This document shows positions 1-8,278 of a DNA stretch of 64,000 bases, one piece after another (position 1 is the first letter of the stretch; every line of letters begins with the position of its first letter). Below the pieces are notes generated by a model. That model ran no database searches and had not been told where the DNA came from. It saw only the letters and a list, made by a program, of their open reading frames with translations. Origin of the DNA: an uncultured Collinsella sp. (GTDB lineage Bacteria > Actinomycetota > Coriobacteriia > Coriobacteriales > Coriobacteriaceae); the NCBI GenBank assembly GCA_902493145.1, contig CABUOA010000003.1, positions 6,635 to 70,634 on the forward strand, read 5' to 3'. A program made the position numbers and the translations under genes.

Positions 1-420
1 GCAGAGGTTGCCGGCGAGCTGGCGTGAGAGTTCCTCGCGCGTGGCGACGAGGCTCGGGTCCTCCTTGGCGGCGCGTGCAAGCGCCAGCACGTTCATGATG
101 AGGCCGGGGGCGCAAAAACCGCACTGCTCGGCGCCTTCGGCAGCCATCGCACGGGCAAGCGCCTCGGACTCGGCTTTGAGGCCCTCGAGCGTGGTGATGG
201 AGCGGCCCTCGATGCGCGCGGCGGGAACCGAGCAGCTCAGCACCGGGTCGCCGTCGAGCCACACCGTGCACAGGCCGCAGTTGGTGGTCTCGCAGGCGCA
301 GCGCACCGACGCACAACCCTGCTCGCGCAACAGTGCAAAGAGCATGGTGTCGGGGGCAATCTGAACCTTGACCTTACGGCCGTTGAGCGTAAAGGAAAGA
401 CCGATGAGTTTGGCAGCCAT
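1..420 (-). CDS. (2Fe-2S)-binding small subunit of a xanthine dehydrogenase/CO dehydrogenase-family molybdenum hydroxylase; partial, 3' end outside window
   Basis: My own minus-strand translation from ATG 420..418 reads MAAKLIGLSFTLNGRKVKVQ...RCACETTNCGLCTV...CGFCAPG, the two Cys clusters typical of this family. The ATG overlaps the TAA of the upstream FAD-subunit gene. No stop codon before the window edge. Confidence 0.8.
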   Translation of the reverse strand, partial: MAAKLIGLSFTLNGRKVKVQIAPDTMLFALLREQGCASVRCACETTNCGLCTVWLDGDPVLSCSVPAARIEGRSITTLEGLKAESEALARAMAAEGAEQCGFCAPGLIMNVLALARAAKEDPSLVATREELSRQLAGNLC

Positions 421-1334
421 TAGCGCACCTCGCTAGAATCGACGCCGGGCACGCGGCGGCAGGAATACTCGTCCGTGGCGAACTTGGGGATCTGCACGGT
501 CTCGAGCTCGCGGGCAAGCGCGGCCGAAAGCTCGATGCCGGCGGCGCGACGCACAGCCTGGATGGCGAGCGGGGCAGAGATGCGGCGGCGGTAGTCGGCC
601 GAGCCCCACAGGTTGGTGCCGTAGCTCAGCGAGCGCACGGATGCGGCCAGGGCGCGCAGCTCGTCCTCGGAAGGCTGCTCGCCGACAAGGCCGCACGCCT
701 CGCCCTGCAGCAGAGTCGCGCGCAGCGGGCGGGCGCCCACGGTGACGTGCCAGGTGTTGTCCCACCAGGCGGCGGTGACGTTCAGCGAGGGGAAGTCGGT
801 CGCGGCCTTGCGCACGGCCTCGTAGCTCGCGCGGTAATCATGCTTGACGACCACGACGTGCTCGATCACGTCGCGCACATAGCCCATATCCACGAACTCC
901 GCGAGCGGCACGCGACCGGCGCCCGTCAGCTCAACATAGGAATCGAGCGCGAGAAAGGCGGAGAGAACGTCCGAGAAGCCAAAGCGGCCGTAGATGCTGC
1001 CGCCCACCGTGGCGGTGTTGCGCAGCTGCACGCCCACGATGTCGTGGACGGCGAACTCAAAGACATTATTGACAAGCGCGTTGAGCCCGGCATGACGCTC
1101 GAGCTGGCGCAGGGTGCACATGGCACCGATGCGAAACTCGGTCTCGGTCTCCTCGATATGATCGAGTCCGCAGGCCGAAAGGTCAATCGCCGTCGCCACA
1201 CGACGCGAACCCAGGCGCATCCAGATGCCGCCGCCCACAATCTTGTTGTTGCGGTTCTTCTGCAAGAGCTCATAGGCTTCGGCCGCGTTTCCAACACGGA
1301 CGTAGGTACCGAACTTGAGCACGTTCTCCCCCAT
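420..1334 (-). CDS. FAD-binding (medium) subunit of a molybdopterin dehydrogenase (CoxM/XdhB-like)
   Basis: 304-aa ORF. GGGIWMRLG and NTATVGGSIY motifs match the FAD_binding_5/CO_deh_flav_C architecture. Translationally coupled to the downstream 2Fe-2S subunit. Confidence 0.8.
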   Translation of the reverse strand: MGENVLKFGTYVRVGNAAEAYELLQKNRNNKIVGGGIWMRLGSRRVATAIDLSACGLDHIEETETEFRIGAMCTLRQLERHAGLNALVNNVFEFAVHDIVGVQLRNTATVGGSIYGRFGFSDVLSAFLALDSYVELTGAGRVPLAEFVDMGYVRDVIEHVVVVKHDYRASYEAVRKAATDFPSLNVTAAWWDNTWHVTVGARPLRATLLQGEACGLVGEQPSEDELRALAASVRSLSYGTNLWGSADYRRRISAPLAIQAVRRAAGIELSAALARELETVQIPKFATDEYSCRRVPGVDSSEVR

Positions 1335-1489
1335 CTCTCCACTTGTCCAGTACCTTTAAGTGTACCAAACGAGGGGGCACAGCTCGTGTCGGGACAAAAT
1401 GAACCGTTTTCCTCCGTCGCATGCGGATCAAAAAAGGCTCCCAGCCAAGATGACTGGGAGCCTTCTGCGATGCTATGTCGAGCGACAAT

Positions 1490-2845
1490 TTAGCAGACGC
1501 CCTGGGCGAGCATGGCGTCGGCGACCTTCAGGAAGCCGGCGATGTTGGCGCCCATGACGAAGTTGCCCTCCTCGCCGTACTCCTTGGCGGTGTCGTCCAC
1601 GTTGTGGAACATGCCGCGCATGAGCTGCTCGAGCTTGCCGTCGACCTCCTCGAAGGTCCAGGACAGGTGCTCGGCGTTCTGGCTCATCTCCAGGCCGGAC
1701 ACGAGCACGCCACCGGCGTTGGCAGCCTTGCCGGGCATAAAGGCGACGCCGTTCTCCTGGAAGTAGGTCGTGGCCTCGATGGTCGTGGGCATGTTCGCGC
1801 CCTCGCCGACCACCTTGCAGCCGTTGGCGACGAGCGCCTGGGCGTCCTCGAGCAGCAGCGTGTTCTCGCGAGCGCAGGGCAGCGCGATGTCGCAGGGAAG
1901 CTGCCACACGCCACGGCCGTCGCCCTCGTGCCACGTGGCATTGGGCTTCTCGTCGACGTACATAGCGAGCGTGACGCCCTTGTCGTGGCCAGAGCGCTTC
2001 TTGTTATAGACATGCTCGAGCACGGTGTAGTCGATGCCGTCGGGGTCCTCGACCCAGCCGTGGGTGTCGGAGCAGGCCAGCACCTTGCCGCCGAGCTGGG
2101 CGACCTTCTGGACCGCGTAGATGGCGACGTTACCGGAGCCGTGAACGACGACGTTCTTGCCCTCGAAGGACTCGCCGCGGCTCTTGAGGTACTCGTCCAC
2201 AAAGTAGACCAGACCGTAGCCGGTGGCCTCGGTACGGGCGAGCGAGCCGCCAAAGGAGAGGCCCTTGCCGGTAAGGACGCCGGTCCACTCGTTGGTCAGG
2301 CGCTTGTACTGACCGAACATGTAGGCAACCTCGCGGCCGCCAACGCCCAGGTCGCCGGCGGGAACGTCGGTATTGGGGCCAATATGGCGATAGAGCTCGG
2401 TCATGAAGGACTGGCAGAAGTGCATGATCTCGTTGTTGGACTTGCCCTTGGGGTCAAAGTCGGAGCCGCCCTTGCCGCCGCCCATGGGAAGGGTGGTCAG
2501 GCTGTTCTTGAGGATCTGCTCCAAGCCCAGGAACTTGAGCATACCCAGGGTGACCGTCGGGTTAAAGCGCAGACCGCCCTTGTAGGGTCCAATGGCAGAG
2601 TTGAACTCGACACGATAGCCGCGGTTGACCTGGACCTTGCCCTGGTCATCGACCCAGGGGACACGGAACATAACGATGCGCTCGGGCTCGACGAGGCGCT
2701 CAAGCAGGGCGGCCTCCTCGTACTCGGGATGGGCGTCGAGCGCCGGCTGGATGGTGCCGAGGATCTCGGTCGCGGCCTGGATGAACTCAGGCTGCTCGGG
2801 ATAGCGGGCCTTGAGCTCGTCGAGAACTTTCTGCGTGTAGCTCAT
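1490..2845 (-). CDS. gdhA: NADP-specific glutamate dehydrogenase
   Basis: 451 aa with the hallmark GdhA motifs KGGLRF, LPMGGGKGGSDFDPKGKS and GDLGVGGRE. Confidence 0.95.
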   Translation of the reverse strand: MSYTQKVLDELKARYPEQPEFIQAATEILGTIQPALDAHPEYEEAALLERLVEPERIVMFRVPWVDDQGKVQVNRGYRVEFNSAIGPYKGGLRFNPTVTLGMLKFLGLEQILKNSLTTLPMGGGKGGSDFDPKGKSNNEIMHFCQSFMTELYRHIGPNTDVPAGDLGVGGREVAYMFGQYKRLTNEWTGVLTGKGLSFGGSLARTEATGYGLVYFVDEYLKSRGESFEGKNVVVHGSGNVAIYAVQKVAQLGGKVLACSDTHGWVEDPDGIDYTVLEHVYNKKRSGHDKGVTLAMYVDEKPNATWHEGDGRGVWQLPCDIALPCARENTLLLEDAQALVANGCKVVGEGANMPTTIEATTYFQENGVAFMPGKAANAGGVLVSGLEMSQNAEHLSWTFEEVDGKLEQLMRGMFHNVDDTAKEYGEEGNFVMGANIAGFLKVADAMLAQGVC

Positions 2846-3060
2846 GCTTCCTCCAATGATAGGAAACGAAAAGTGTCGGTCGCGGCACCCTGTGCGCCGC
2901 GAACTTTATCGTGTATGGATAATATCGCACTGTTGCGGGAAAGTTTCGCATAAGCAGACGAGCAGATGTTTCGTTTTGATTACGATGCAGGTAGAGGCGT
3001 TTTTGAGTGCCTGACGCACAAATCGCGTGTTTCGAAGCTGTTTCGTCCACGTGGTCCATA

Positions 3061-3093
3061 CCACCACAAAGAGGACGGGCACCTTTGTGGCGG
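3061..3093 (-). terminator. Candidate hairpin downstream of selC
   Basis: On the minus strand, CCACAAAGG...CCTCTTTGTGG lies just 3' of the tRNA-Sec. The T tract is weak. Confidence 0.35.
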
Positions 3094-3107
3094 TTGGCAG
3101 GATGCGT

Positions 3108-3204
3108 TGGCGGGAACGTATGTGAATCGAACACATCCAAGACGTTTTGCACGCCTCGCAACGGTTTTGAGGACCGCGGGGCCCACCGGAGCCCATCCGT
3201 TCCC
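3108..3204 (-). tRNA. selC: tRNA-Sec (anticodon UCA)
   Basis: 97 nt. Acceptor GGGAACGG/ACGTTCCC. 6-bp D stem GGGCTC/GGGCCC with 4-nt loop CGGT (tRNA-Sec hallmark). Anticodon loop CCUCAAA. Long variable arm AGGCGT-GCAAA-ACGTCT. T arm ATGTG-TTCGATT-CACAT. G73 and an encoded CCA. Lies directly downstream of selB. Confidence 0.85.
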
Positions 3205-3276
3205 AAGCGTGGCGGTATTTTACCAAACCGAACAGCCCGCAACTGCAAGGAGGACCAGGGCAGCGATGCAAAGCCC

Positions 3277-5247
3277 CTAACGCAGCGATCTTAGGCCGCC
3301 GGCATCCTTGTCGAGTGCGGTAAAGCGCACGGCATCCAGGTGCTCCAAGATGCTGATCGCTCGCTTGCGCGACACACCCAAGGCCTCGCGCAATACACTC
3401 GTGGTGGTAGCGCCGCCGGCAGCCTCGATAGCCGCAAAAACAACCTCACGCGCATGGGCCTCGGCGGCGGCAGACAAGGCAACGTCGCGTTCGATCTTAA
3501 CGATCGCGCGGTTGAGCGAAAGCTCGCGCAGGGCACGCGTCATGGTGTCGCGATCGAGCTGCAGACGCTCACCCACCTCAGGCAGCGTCGCCGCACCGAG
3601 ACCCGCCTCGTCGAGGGCGGCCACGATGCGCTGGCTCGCCTCGCGCACCACACGTATCGCCGCAGCGGCAGAGTGCGGGTCGAACACCTCGGCACCGTCG
3701 ACGGTGCACACGCCGCGCGCACAGCCCTCGAGAACGAGCGCGGACGCGACGTCTTCGCGCGCTGTCGGCCAGGCGGCATGCGCGACCTCGCCCGGCGTGA
3801 AACCCGTCTGCTTGGGCGCGGCCCCGTGCATGGCGGCCAGCGTGACGGCGAGCGTGGCGAGGGCGGCATCGAGCACAGCGGGGGCGGCATAGAGCTCCTC
3901 GGTCGAGCGCTCGGCATGAAGCGCCACGGCGTCACCCGAGGAAACCGCCCCGTGCAGGAGCGCAGCCGCCTCGGCACCCGAAAGATCGAGAGCACGGGCT
4001 GCGGCCGCGGCAGGCACGGGCAGGCGCTGCAGCCCCAACCATGCGGCAACGGCGGCGGCGCGGTCGTCGGCATCCAGGGCCCCGAGCAGCGCGCACTCGC
4101 CCGCGGAGAGGACGCGCGAGCGGCGGCACCGCGAAAGAAGAACACGACCGCCGCCGATAAGCACCACCGGCGAGAACGCGAGCACAATGAGGCCGTCGCC
4201 CGATCGCACGGGAAGGCGCTCCTCCAGACGGACCTGCACGATGCGGGTCTCGCCAGCCTCAATGGGTCCCTCACCCTCCATGAGCATGATACGGCCAAGG
4301 ACCTCCGCCGTACCCGCCATCACATGAACGCGCGTACCGGACTCGAAGGGCGCGGGCTTGGTGCCCTCGCGCCCCAGATACGTGAAGCGGGCGATGAGCC
4401 TGAGCGTCGAGCCCTCAGCACCAGACCCGCAGAGGACCTCGCCACGCGGAAGGTCGCCCGCACCGTCGCCCACGATGTTGAGCGCCGCGCGCTGTCCGGG
4501 CAACGCCCGAGGAGTATCACCATGCACCTGAATCGCGCGCACGCGGCAGCGCACGCCCGCGGGACATGAGACGAGCTCGTCGCCCACCGCTACGGGGGCA
4601 TCGTGAAGCGTGCCCGTGACGACCGTCCCGGATCCCTTGATGGTGAAGCAGCGGTCGATGGGCAGGCGCGGGGCCAGACCGGGGCGCACCGGGCGGGATG
4701 CGGCATCGGCCAGGAAAGAGTCGATGGCGGCATCGAGGGCAAGGCGAACGTCCTCGATGCCCACGCCCGTGCGCGAGGAAACAGGCACCACGGGTGCATC
4801 GGCAAAGACGGTATCGCTGAGGAAGTCCATCACGTCGAGCTCGGCGAGCTCCGCCGTCTCGTCATCGGCCAGATCGCGCATCGTGAGCGCCACCACGAGG
4901 TGCCTCACGCCCAACAGCTCCAACACGTACACGTGCTCTCGCGTCTGCGGCATCACGCCCTCAACGGCAGAAACCACCAGCAACGCAACGTCCACGCCGG
5001 TGGCACCCTGTACCATCGCGCGCAGGTAGTGCGCATGCCCGGGCACGTCGACCAGGCCGACAAGCTTGCCACTGGGAAGCTCGAGCTCGCCAAAGCCGAG
5101 CTCCGTAGTCATGCCTCGGCGTCGCTCGACCTCCAGACGGTCGGGATTTTTGCCGGTCAGCGCCTCGATAAGGGCCGACTTTCCGTGGTCGACGTGTCCT
5201 GCTGTTCCAACGACAACGGGACACTCGACAAGCTCACGCGCAGTCAT
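3277..5247 (-). CDS. selB: Selenocysteine-specific translation elongation factor SelB
   Basis: GTPase motifs GTAGHVDHGKS, DVPGH and a long C-terminal winged-helix region. The ATG at 5247 forms an ATGA overlap with the selA stop. Confidence 0.9.
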   Translation of the reverse strand: MTARELVECPVVVGTAGHVDHGKSALIEALTGKNPDRLEVERRRGMTTELGFGELELPSGKLVGLVDVPGHAHYLRAMVQGATGVDVALLVVSAVEGVMPQTREHVYVLELLGVRHLVVALTMRDLADDETAELAELDVMDFLSDTVFADAPVVPVSSRTGVGIEDVRLALDAAIDSFLADAASRPVRPGLAPRLPIDRCFTIKGSGTVVTGTLHDAPVAVGDELVSCPAGVRCRVRAIQVHGDTPRALPGQRAALNIVGDGAGDLPRGEVLCGSGAEGSTLRLIARFTYLGREGTKPAPFESGTRVHVMAGTAEVLGRIMLMEGEGPIEAGETRIVQVRLEERLPVRSGDGLIVLAFSPVVLIGGGRVLLSRCRRSRVLSAGECALLGALDADDRAAAVAAWLGLQRLPVPAAAAARALDLSGAEAAALLHGAVSSGDAVALHAERSTEELYAAPAVLDAALATLAVTLAAMHGAAPKQTGFTPGEVAHAAWPTAREDVASALVLEGCARGVCTVDGAEVFDPHSAAAAIRVVREASQRIVAALDEAGLGAATLPEVGERLQLDRDTMTRALRELSLNRAIVKIERDVALSAAAEAHAREVVFAAIEAAGGATTTSVLREALGVSRKRAISILEHLDAVRFTALDKDAGGLRSLR

Positions 5248-6701
5248 CGACGCAAACCCGCCCGCACGGTATCCGCCAACGCAGACGCACACAGGTCAAG
5301 GTCGGTATCGTGCAAAAGCGTGCGAACGTCAAACAGTACCTGGCCATGCCGCACGCGCGTCACGACCGGCGTATCGGGCTCCTGTACCATAGCGCGCTTT
5401 AGGCCATCGGCGGACAGGCGCCCATCGGCGGGGCAAACGGCAACACAAAAAGTTGGGAGCTCGACGGTCGGCAGCGAACCGCCGCCGGGAGTAGAGGCGC
5501 CCTCGACAACCTGCAGCTCCACGGCCTCCTCGCACTGAGCCTCGCGAAGCTTGCGCAGCATGCGGTCGTGCAGGCGCTTGGCCTGGCGCTCGAGCGGAGC
5601 CGGCGCGCCAGAAAGCATGTTGAGTACCGGGATCTCCCGATGCGCCGCATCGGGACCGGTCACATACAGTCGCAAAGTGGCCTCGAGCGCCGCAAGCGTG
5701 AGCTTGCCAGGGCGAAGCGCGCGCATAAGAGGATGCGAGGCACAGGCGGCGATTGCCTGGGCGCTGCCGAGAATAATGCCTGCCTGCGAGGCGCCGAGCA
5801 GCTTGTCACCCGAGCACGAGACGACGTCAACGCCGGCGCAAAGCGAGGCGGACATGGGCTTCTCCCCTGCATCGGCGAGCACCCCGTCTGCAAGCAAAGC
5901 GCCCGAGCCCTGATCCTCGTACAGCAACAGCCCGTGCTCATGCGCCAGCGCGGAAAGCTCCGCCGCGGAAACCTCCTCGTGGAAGCCCTCGATACGGTAA
6001 TTAGAAGGATGAACTTTCAAGATCATCGCCGTGTTGGGCGTAATGGCGCTTCGATAATCGTCCAGATGTGTGCGGTTGGTAGAGCCAACCTCGACAAGCT
6101 TGGCACCCGAAGCCGCCATGATGTCGGGGATGCGGAAGCTGCCGCCCACCTCGACAAGCTCGCCGCGGCTCACGATGACCTCTTTGCCAGCCGCGTGCGC
6201 GGCAAGCACCAGCAGCACCGCGGCGGCATTGTTGTTGACAACCAAGGCGTCCTGCGCCCCCGTGAGCGTGCGCAGCAGGCGTGCGGCATGCTCCTTGCGG
6301 CCCCCGCGAGCGCAGATTGAGACGTCATACTCAAGCGTGCTGTAGCCTCGGGCGACATCGGTCACCGCCTGCACCGCCGCGGGAGCGAGCGGAGCGCGGC
6401 CCAGATTGGTGTGAATCACAACGCCCGTCGCGTTGACGGCAGGGCGCAGGGTCGGCAGCGACAGGCGATGGGTCCGCTGCTCAATTGCCAAGGCGAGCTC
6501 GCGCTTGTTCCTTGCAGGGGCGCCGGAGCGAATCGCCGCGCGCTCGGCATCGAGCTCGGCGTCAATCGCCTCGCGTACCATCGTGTCGCCTGCATCGCCA
6601 GCAGCCTTCATGACCGGCCACTCGGCAAGCAACTCGTGAACGGCGGGAATGGAACGCAGGCGGCCGCGCACCTCGGCAGACATGGATTCGCAGTCGCTCA
6701 T
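5244..6701 (-). CDS. selA: L-seryl-tRNA(Sec) selenium transferase SelA
   Basis: RLRSIPAVHELL N-terminus, NATGVVIHTNLGRAP, PLP-enzyme body. Start chosen at the ATG at 6701, which is preceded by GAAAGG. The ORF extends further upstream to 6836. Confidence 0.9.
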   Translation of the reverse strand: MSDCESMSAEVRGRLRSIPAVHELLAEWPVMKAAGDAGDTMVREAIDAELDAERAAIRSGAPARNKRELALAIEQRTHRLSLPTLRPAVNATGVVIHTNLGRAPLAPAAVQAVTDVARGYSTLEYDVSICARGGRKEHAARLLRTLTGAQDALVVNNNAAAVLLVLAAHAAGKEVIVSRGELVEVGGSFRIPDIMAASGAKLVEVGSTNRTHLDDYRSAITPNTAMILKVHPSNYRIEGFHEEVSAAELSALAHEHGLLLYEDQGSGALLADGVLADAGEKPMSASLCAGVDVVSCSGDKLLGASQAGIILGSAQAIAACASHPLMRALRPGKLTLAALEATLRLYVTGPDAAHREIPVLNMLSGAPAPLERQAKRLHDRMLRKLREAQCEEAVELQVVEGASTPGGGSLPTVELPTFCVAVCPADGRLSADGLKRAMVQEPDTPVVTRVRHGQVLFDVRTLLHDTDLDLCASALADTVRAGLRR

Positions 6702-6885
6702 GAAAAGCCTTTCGACATGTTCAATAAAAAGCTGGTCCCCCGCGATCGTCATCGGGCAAAAAAATACCGGCGCGCACGCAAAAGGGACAGGTCCATTATG
6801 GCAGCTCGTGACAAGACGTCGAAGCGCCTCGTCCAAAACCTGCCAAATAAACCTGTCCCTCTTTGGTCGGTTATGGCTTGGGTCC

Positions 6886-7722
6886 TTAGGCCTCCCTGTT
6901 GGCGTAGATAAACCAGTAGCCCAGCGCCACGATCAGGGAGCCACCCACGATATTGCCCAACGTGGCGACCGTAAGGTTGAGCGCCAACCCGGCAGCGTTG
7001 AGGGCATCGGCGCCAGCGACATCGGCTCCATAGCCGCAGGAGTGCATCAAAATGCCCATAGGCAAAAAGTACATGTTGGCAACGCAGTGCTCAAAACCGC
7101 AGGCCACAAAGGCGGCAATGGGCAGCAGAATGCCCACGACCTTATCGACCACGGTCTTGCCGGCGGTACCGATCCATACGGCCAGGCACACAAAGATGTT
7201 GCATAGAATGCCGCGGAAGAAGATGGTGACGGCGCCGATCGTAACCTTACCGGCGGCGACACTCACCATGGTGTTGGCGACGGCCTCGCCGTTGAGTTTG
7301 TAAATGGCTGCCATGTAAATCAAAAAGACAACGAACAGGGCGCCGGCAAAGTTGCCGATCCACACAATAGCCCAAGCCTTGAGCATCTGGACGAGCGTGA
7401 TCTTTTTGCTCTTAAGCGCGCAGACCATAAGCGAGTTGCCGGTAAACAGTTCCGCGCCGCAAATGAGCACGAGCACCAGTCCCAGGCAAAAAGCAAGACC
7501 GCCCACGAAGCGCTGGGCGCCCCAGCAAAGCGTGGGATCGCTCAGAAAGATCGTGAAGAACAGGCCGCCGAAGGCGATGAACGCGCCGGCGAACATGGCG
7601 AGCAAAAAGGCCTTCGAGACCGGCAGGTTGGCCTTGGTAACGACTGCGGCCTCGATCTTCGCCTCGATCGCGGCGGGCGCCAGGCAATCGGAGGTGGGGT
7701 ATTCTGCCTTACTCTGTGCCAT
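6886..7722 (-). CDS. focA: Formate/nitrite transporter family protein (FocA-like)
   Basis: The 279-aa core starts at MAQSKAEY. FNT signatures LVCGAELFTGN and ACGFEHCVANMY. The longer ORF to 8010 runs through tRNA-like DNA and was rejected. Confidence 0.9.
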   Translation of the reverse strand: MAQSKAEYPTSDCLAPAAIEAKIEAAVVTKANLPVSKAFLLAMFAGAFIAFGGLFFTIFLSDPTLCWGAQRFVGGLAFCLGLVLVLICGAELFTGNSLMVCALKSKKITLVQMLKAWAIVWIGNFAGALFVVFLIYMAAIYKLNGEAVANTMVSVAAGKVTIGAVTIFFRGILCNIFVCLAVWIGTAGKTVVDKVVGILLPIAAFVACGFEHCVANMYFLPMGILMHSCGYGADVAGADALNAAGLALNLTVATLGNIVGGSLIVALGYWFIYANREA

Positions 7723-7842
7723 GGAAATCACTTCTTTCTTACGATTCGGGACAAACGCTCCTGGTTCATTTGCCCTGCGAGGTCGGACGGTATAAAAATA
7801 AACGCGAGCCAAATTAGCATATTGGCCTGCGATTATATAGCT

Positions 7843-7969
7843 TGGAGCGGGCGACGGGAAGTCCAAGGATTTGCTTCGCTGCGGGCCTTCGGCCCTTGCG
7901 TGCTGCGCTGGAAAATGCTCACGCATTTTCTCAGCTCCGCACCCTGGCGGGTTCGATTCCCGTCGCCCG
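7843..7969. other. tRNA-Gly-derived palindromic element: an 18-nt direct copy and a 23-nt inverted copy of the tRNA-Gly 3' end flank two stable hairpins
   Basis: 7843-7860 is identical to 8031-8048, the last 18 nt of tRNA-Gly on the minus sense. 7947-7969 (GCGGGTTCGATTCCCGTCGCCCG) is the T arm plus acceptor 3' strand on the plus sense. The internal hairpins are GGGCC-TTCG-GGCCC and a 12-bp stem capped by TCAC. Confidence 0.6.
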
Positions 7970-8030
7970 GCGCGTAAACGAAAACAGCTCTGATCCCCAA
8001 AGGAAACCAAAGCCGTTAAAACAATTCTTA

Positions 8031-8104
8031 TGGAGCGGGCGACGGGAATCGAACCCGCGTCATCAGCTTGGAAGGCTGGGGTTCTACCATTGAACTACGC
8101 CCGC
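8031..8104 (-). tRNA. tRNA-Gly (anticodon UCC)
   Basis: The reverse complement is GCGGGCGTAGTTCAATGGTAGAAC...CTTCCAA...GGGTTCGATTCCCGTCGCCCGCTCCA. It folds as a cloverleaf and the CCA is encoded. Confidence 0.95.
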
Positions 8105-8110
8105 AAGATA

Positions 8111-8187
8111 TGGTCGGGACGACAGGATTTGAACCTGCGACATCCTGCTCCCAAAGCAGGCGCGCTACCAAACTGCGCCACGTCCCG
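8111..8187 (-). tRNA. tRNA-Pro (anticodon UGG)
   Basis: The reverse complement is CGGGACGTGGCGCAGTTTGGTAGCGCGCCTGCTTTGGGAGCAGG...GGTTCAAATCCTGTCGTCCCGACCA. Confidence 0.95.
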
Positions 8188-8244
8188 AAGGTGTTGAGCA
8201 GCTAAGGTCTAAACCTTGCGTGTCCCAAAGCGAAGGAAATTATA

Positions 8245-8262
8245 GGGGAGACTCCCCGCCTG
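8245..8262 (-). terminator. Candidate terminator of brnQ
   Basis: On the minus strand, GGGGAGTCTCCCC is followed by TATAATTT. Confidence 0.4.
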
Positions 8263-8278
8263 TGCAAGCGACGATACC

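Noticed and set aside
8-364. 118-aa plus-strand ORF at the window start.
   Set aside because: Antisense to the 2Fe-2S subunit gene, whose Cys motifs read cleanly on the minus strand.
1475-2953. 492-aa plus-strand ORF.
   Set aside because: It is exactly antisense to gdhA, whose motifs are unambiguous. This is a typical shadow ORF in GC-rich DNA with an Ala/Gly/Leu/Val-rich nonsense composition.
7843-7975. Possible tRNA-Sec (selC) next to focA/selA, suggested by the tRNA-like T arm and a hairpin loop containing UCA.
   Set aside because: At ~127 nt it is too long. There is no UUCA on either strand. No 6-bp D stem can be drawn, and the 'acceptor' is just the duplicated tRNA-Gly end. A canonical 97-nt selC lies at 3108-3204.
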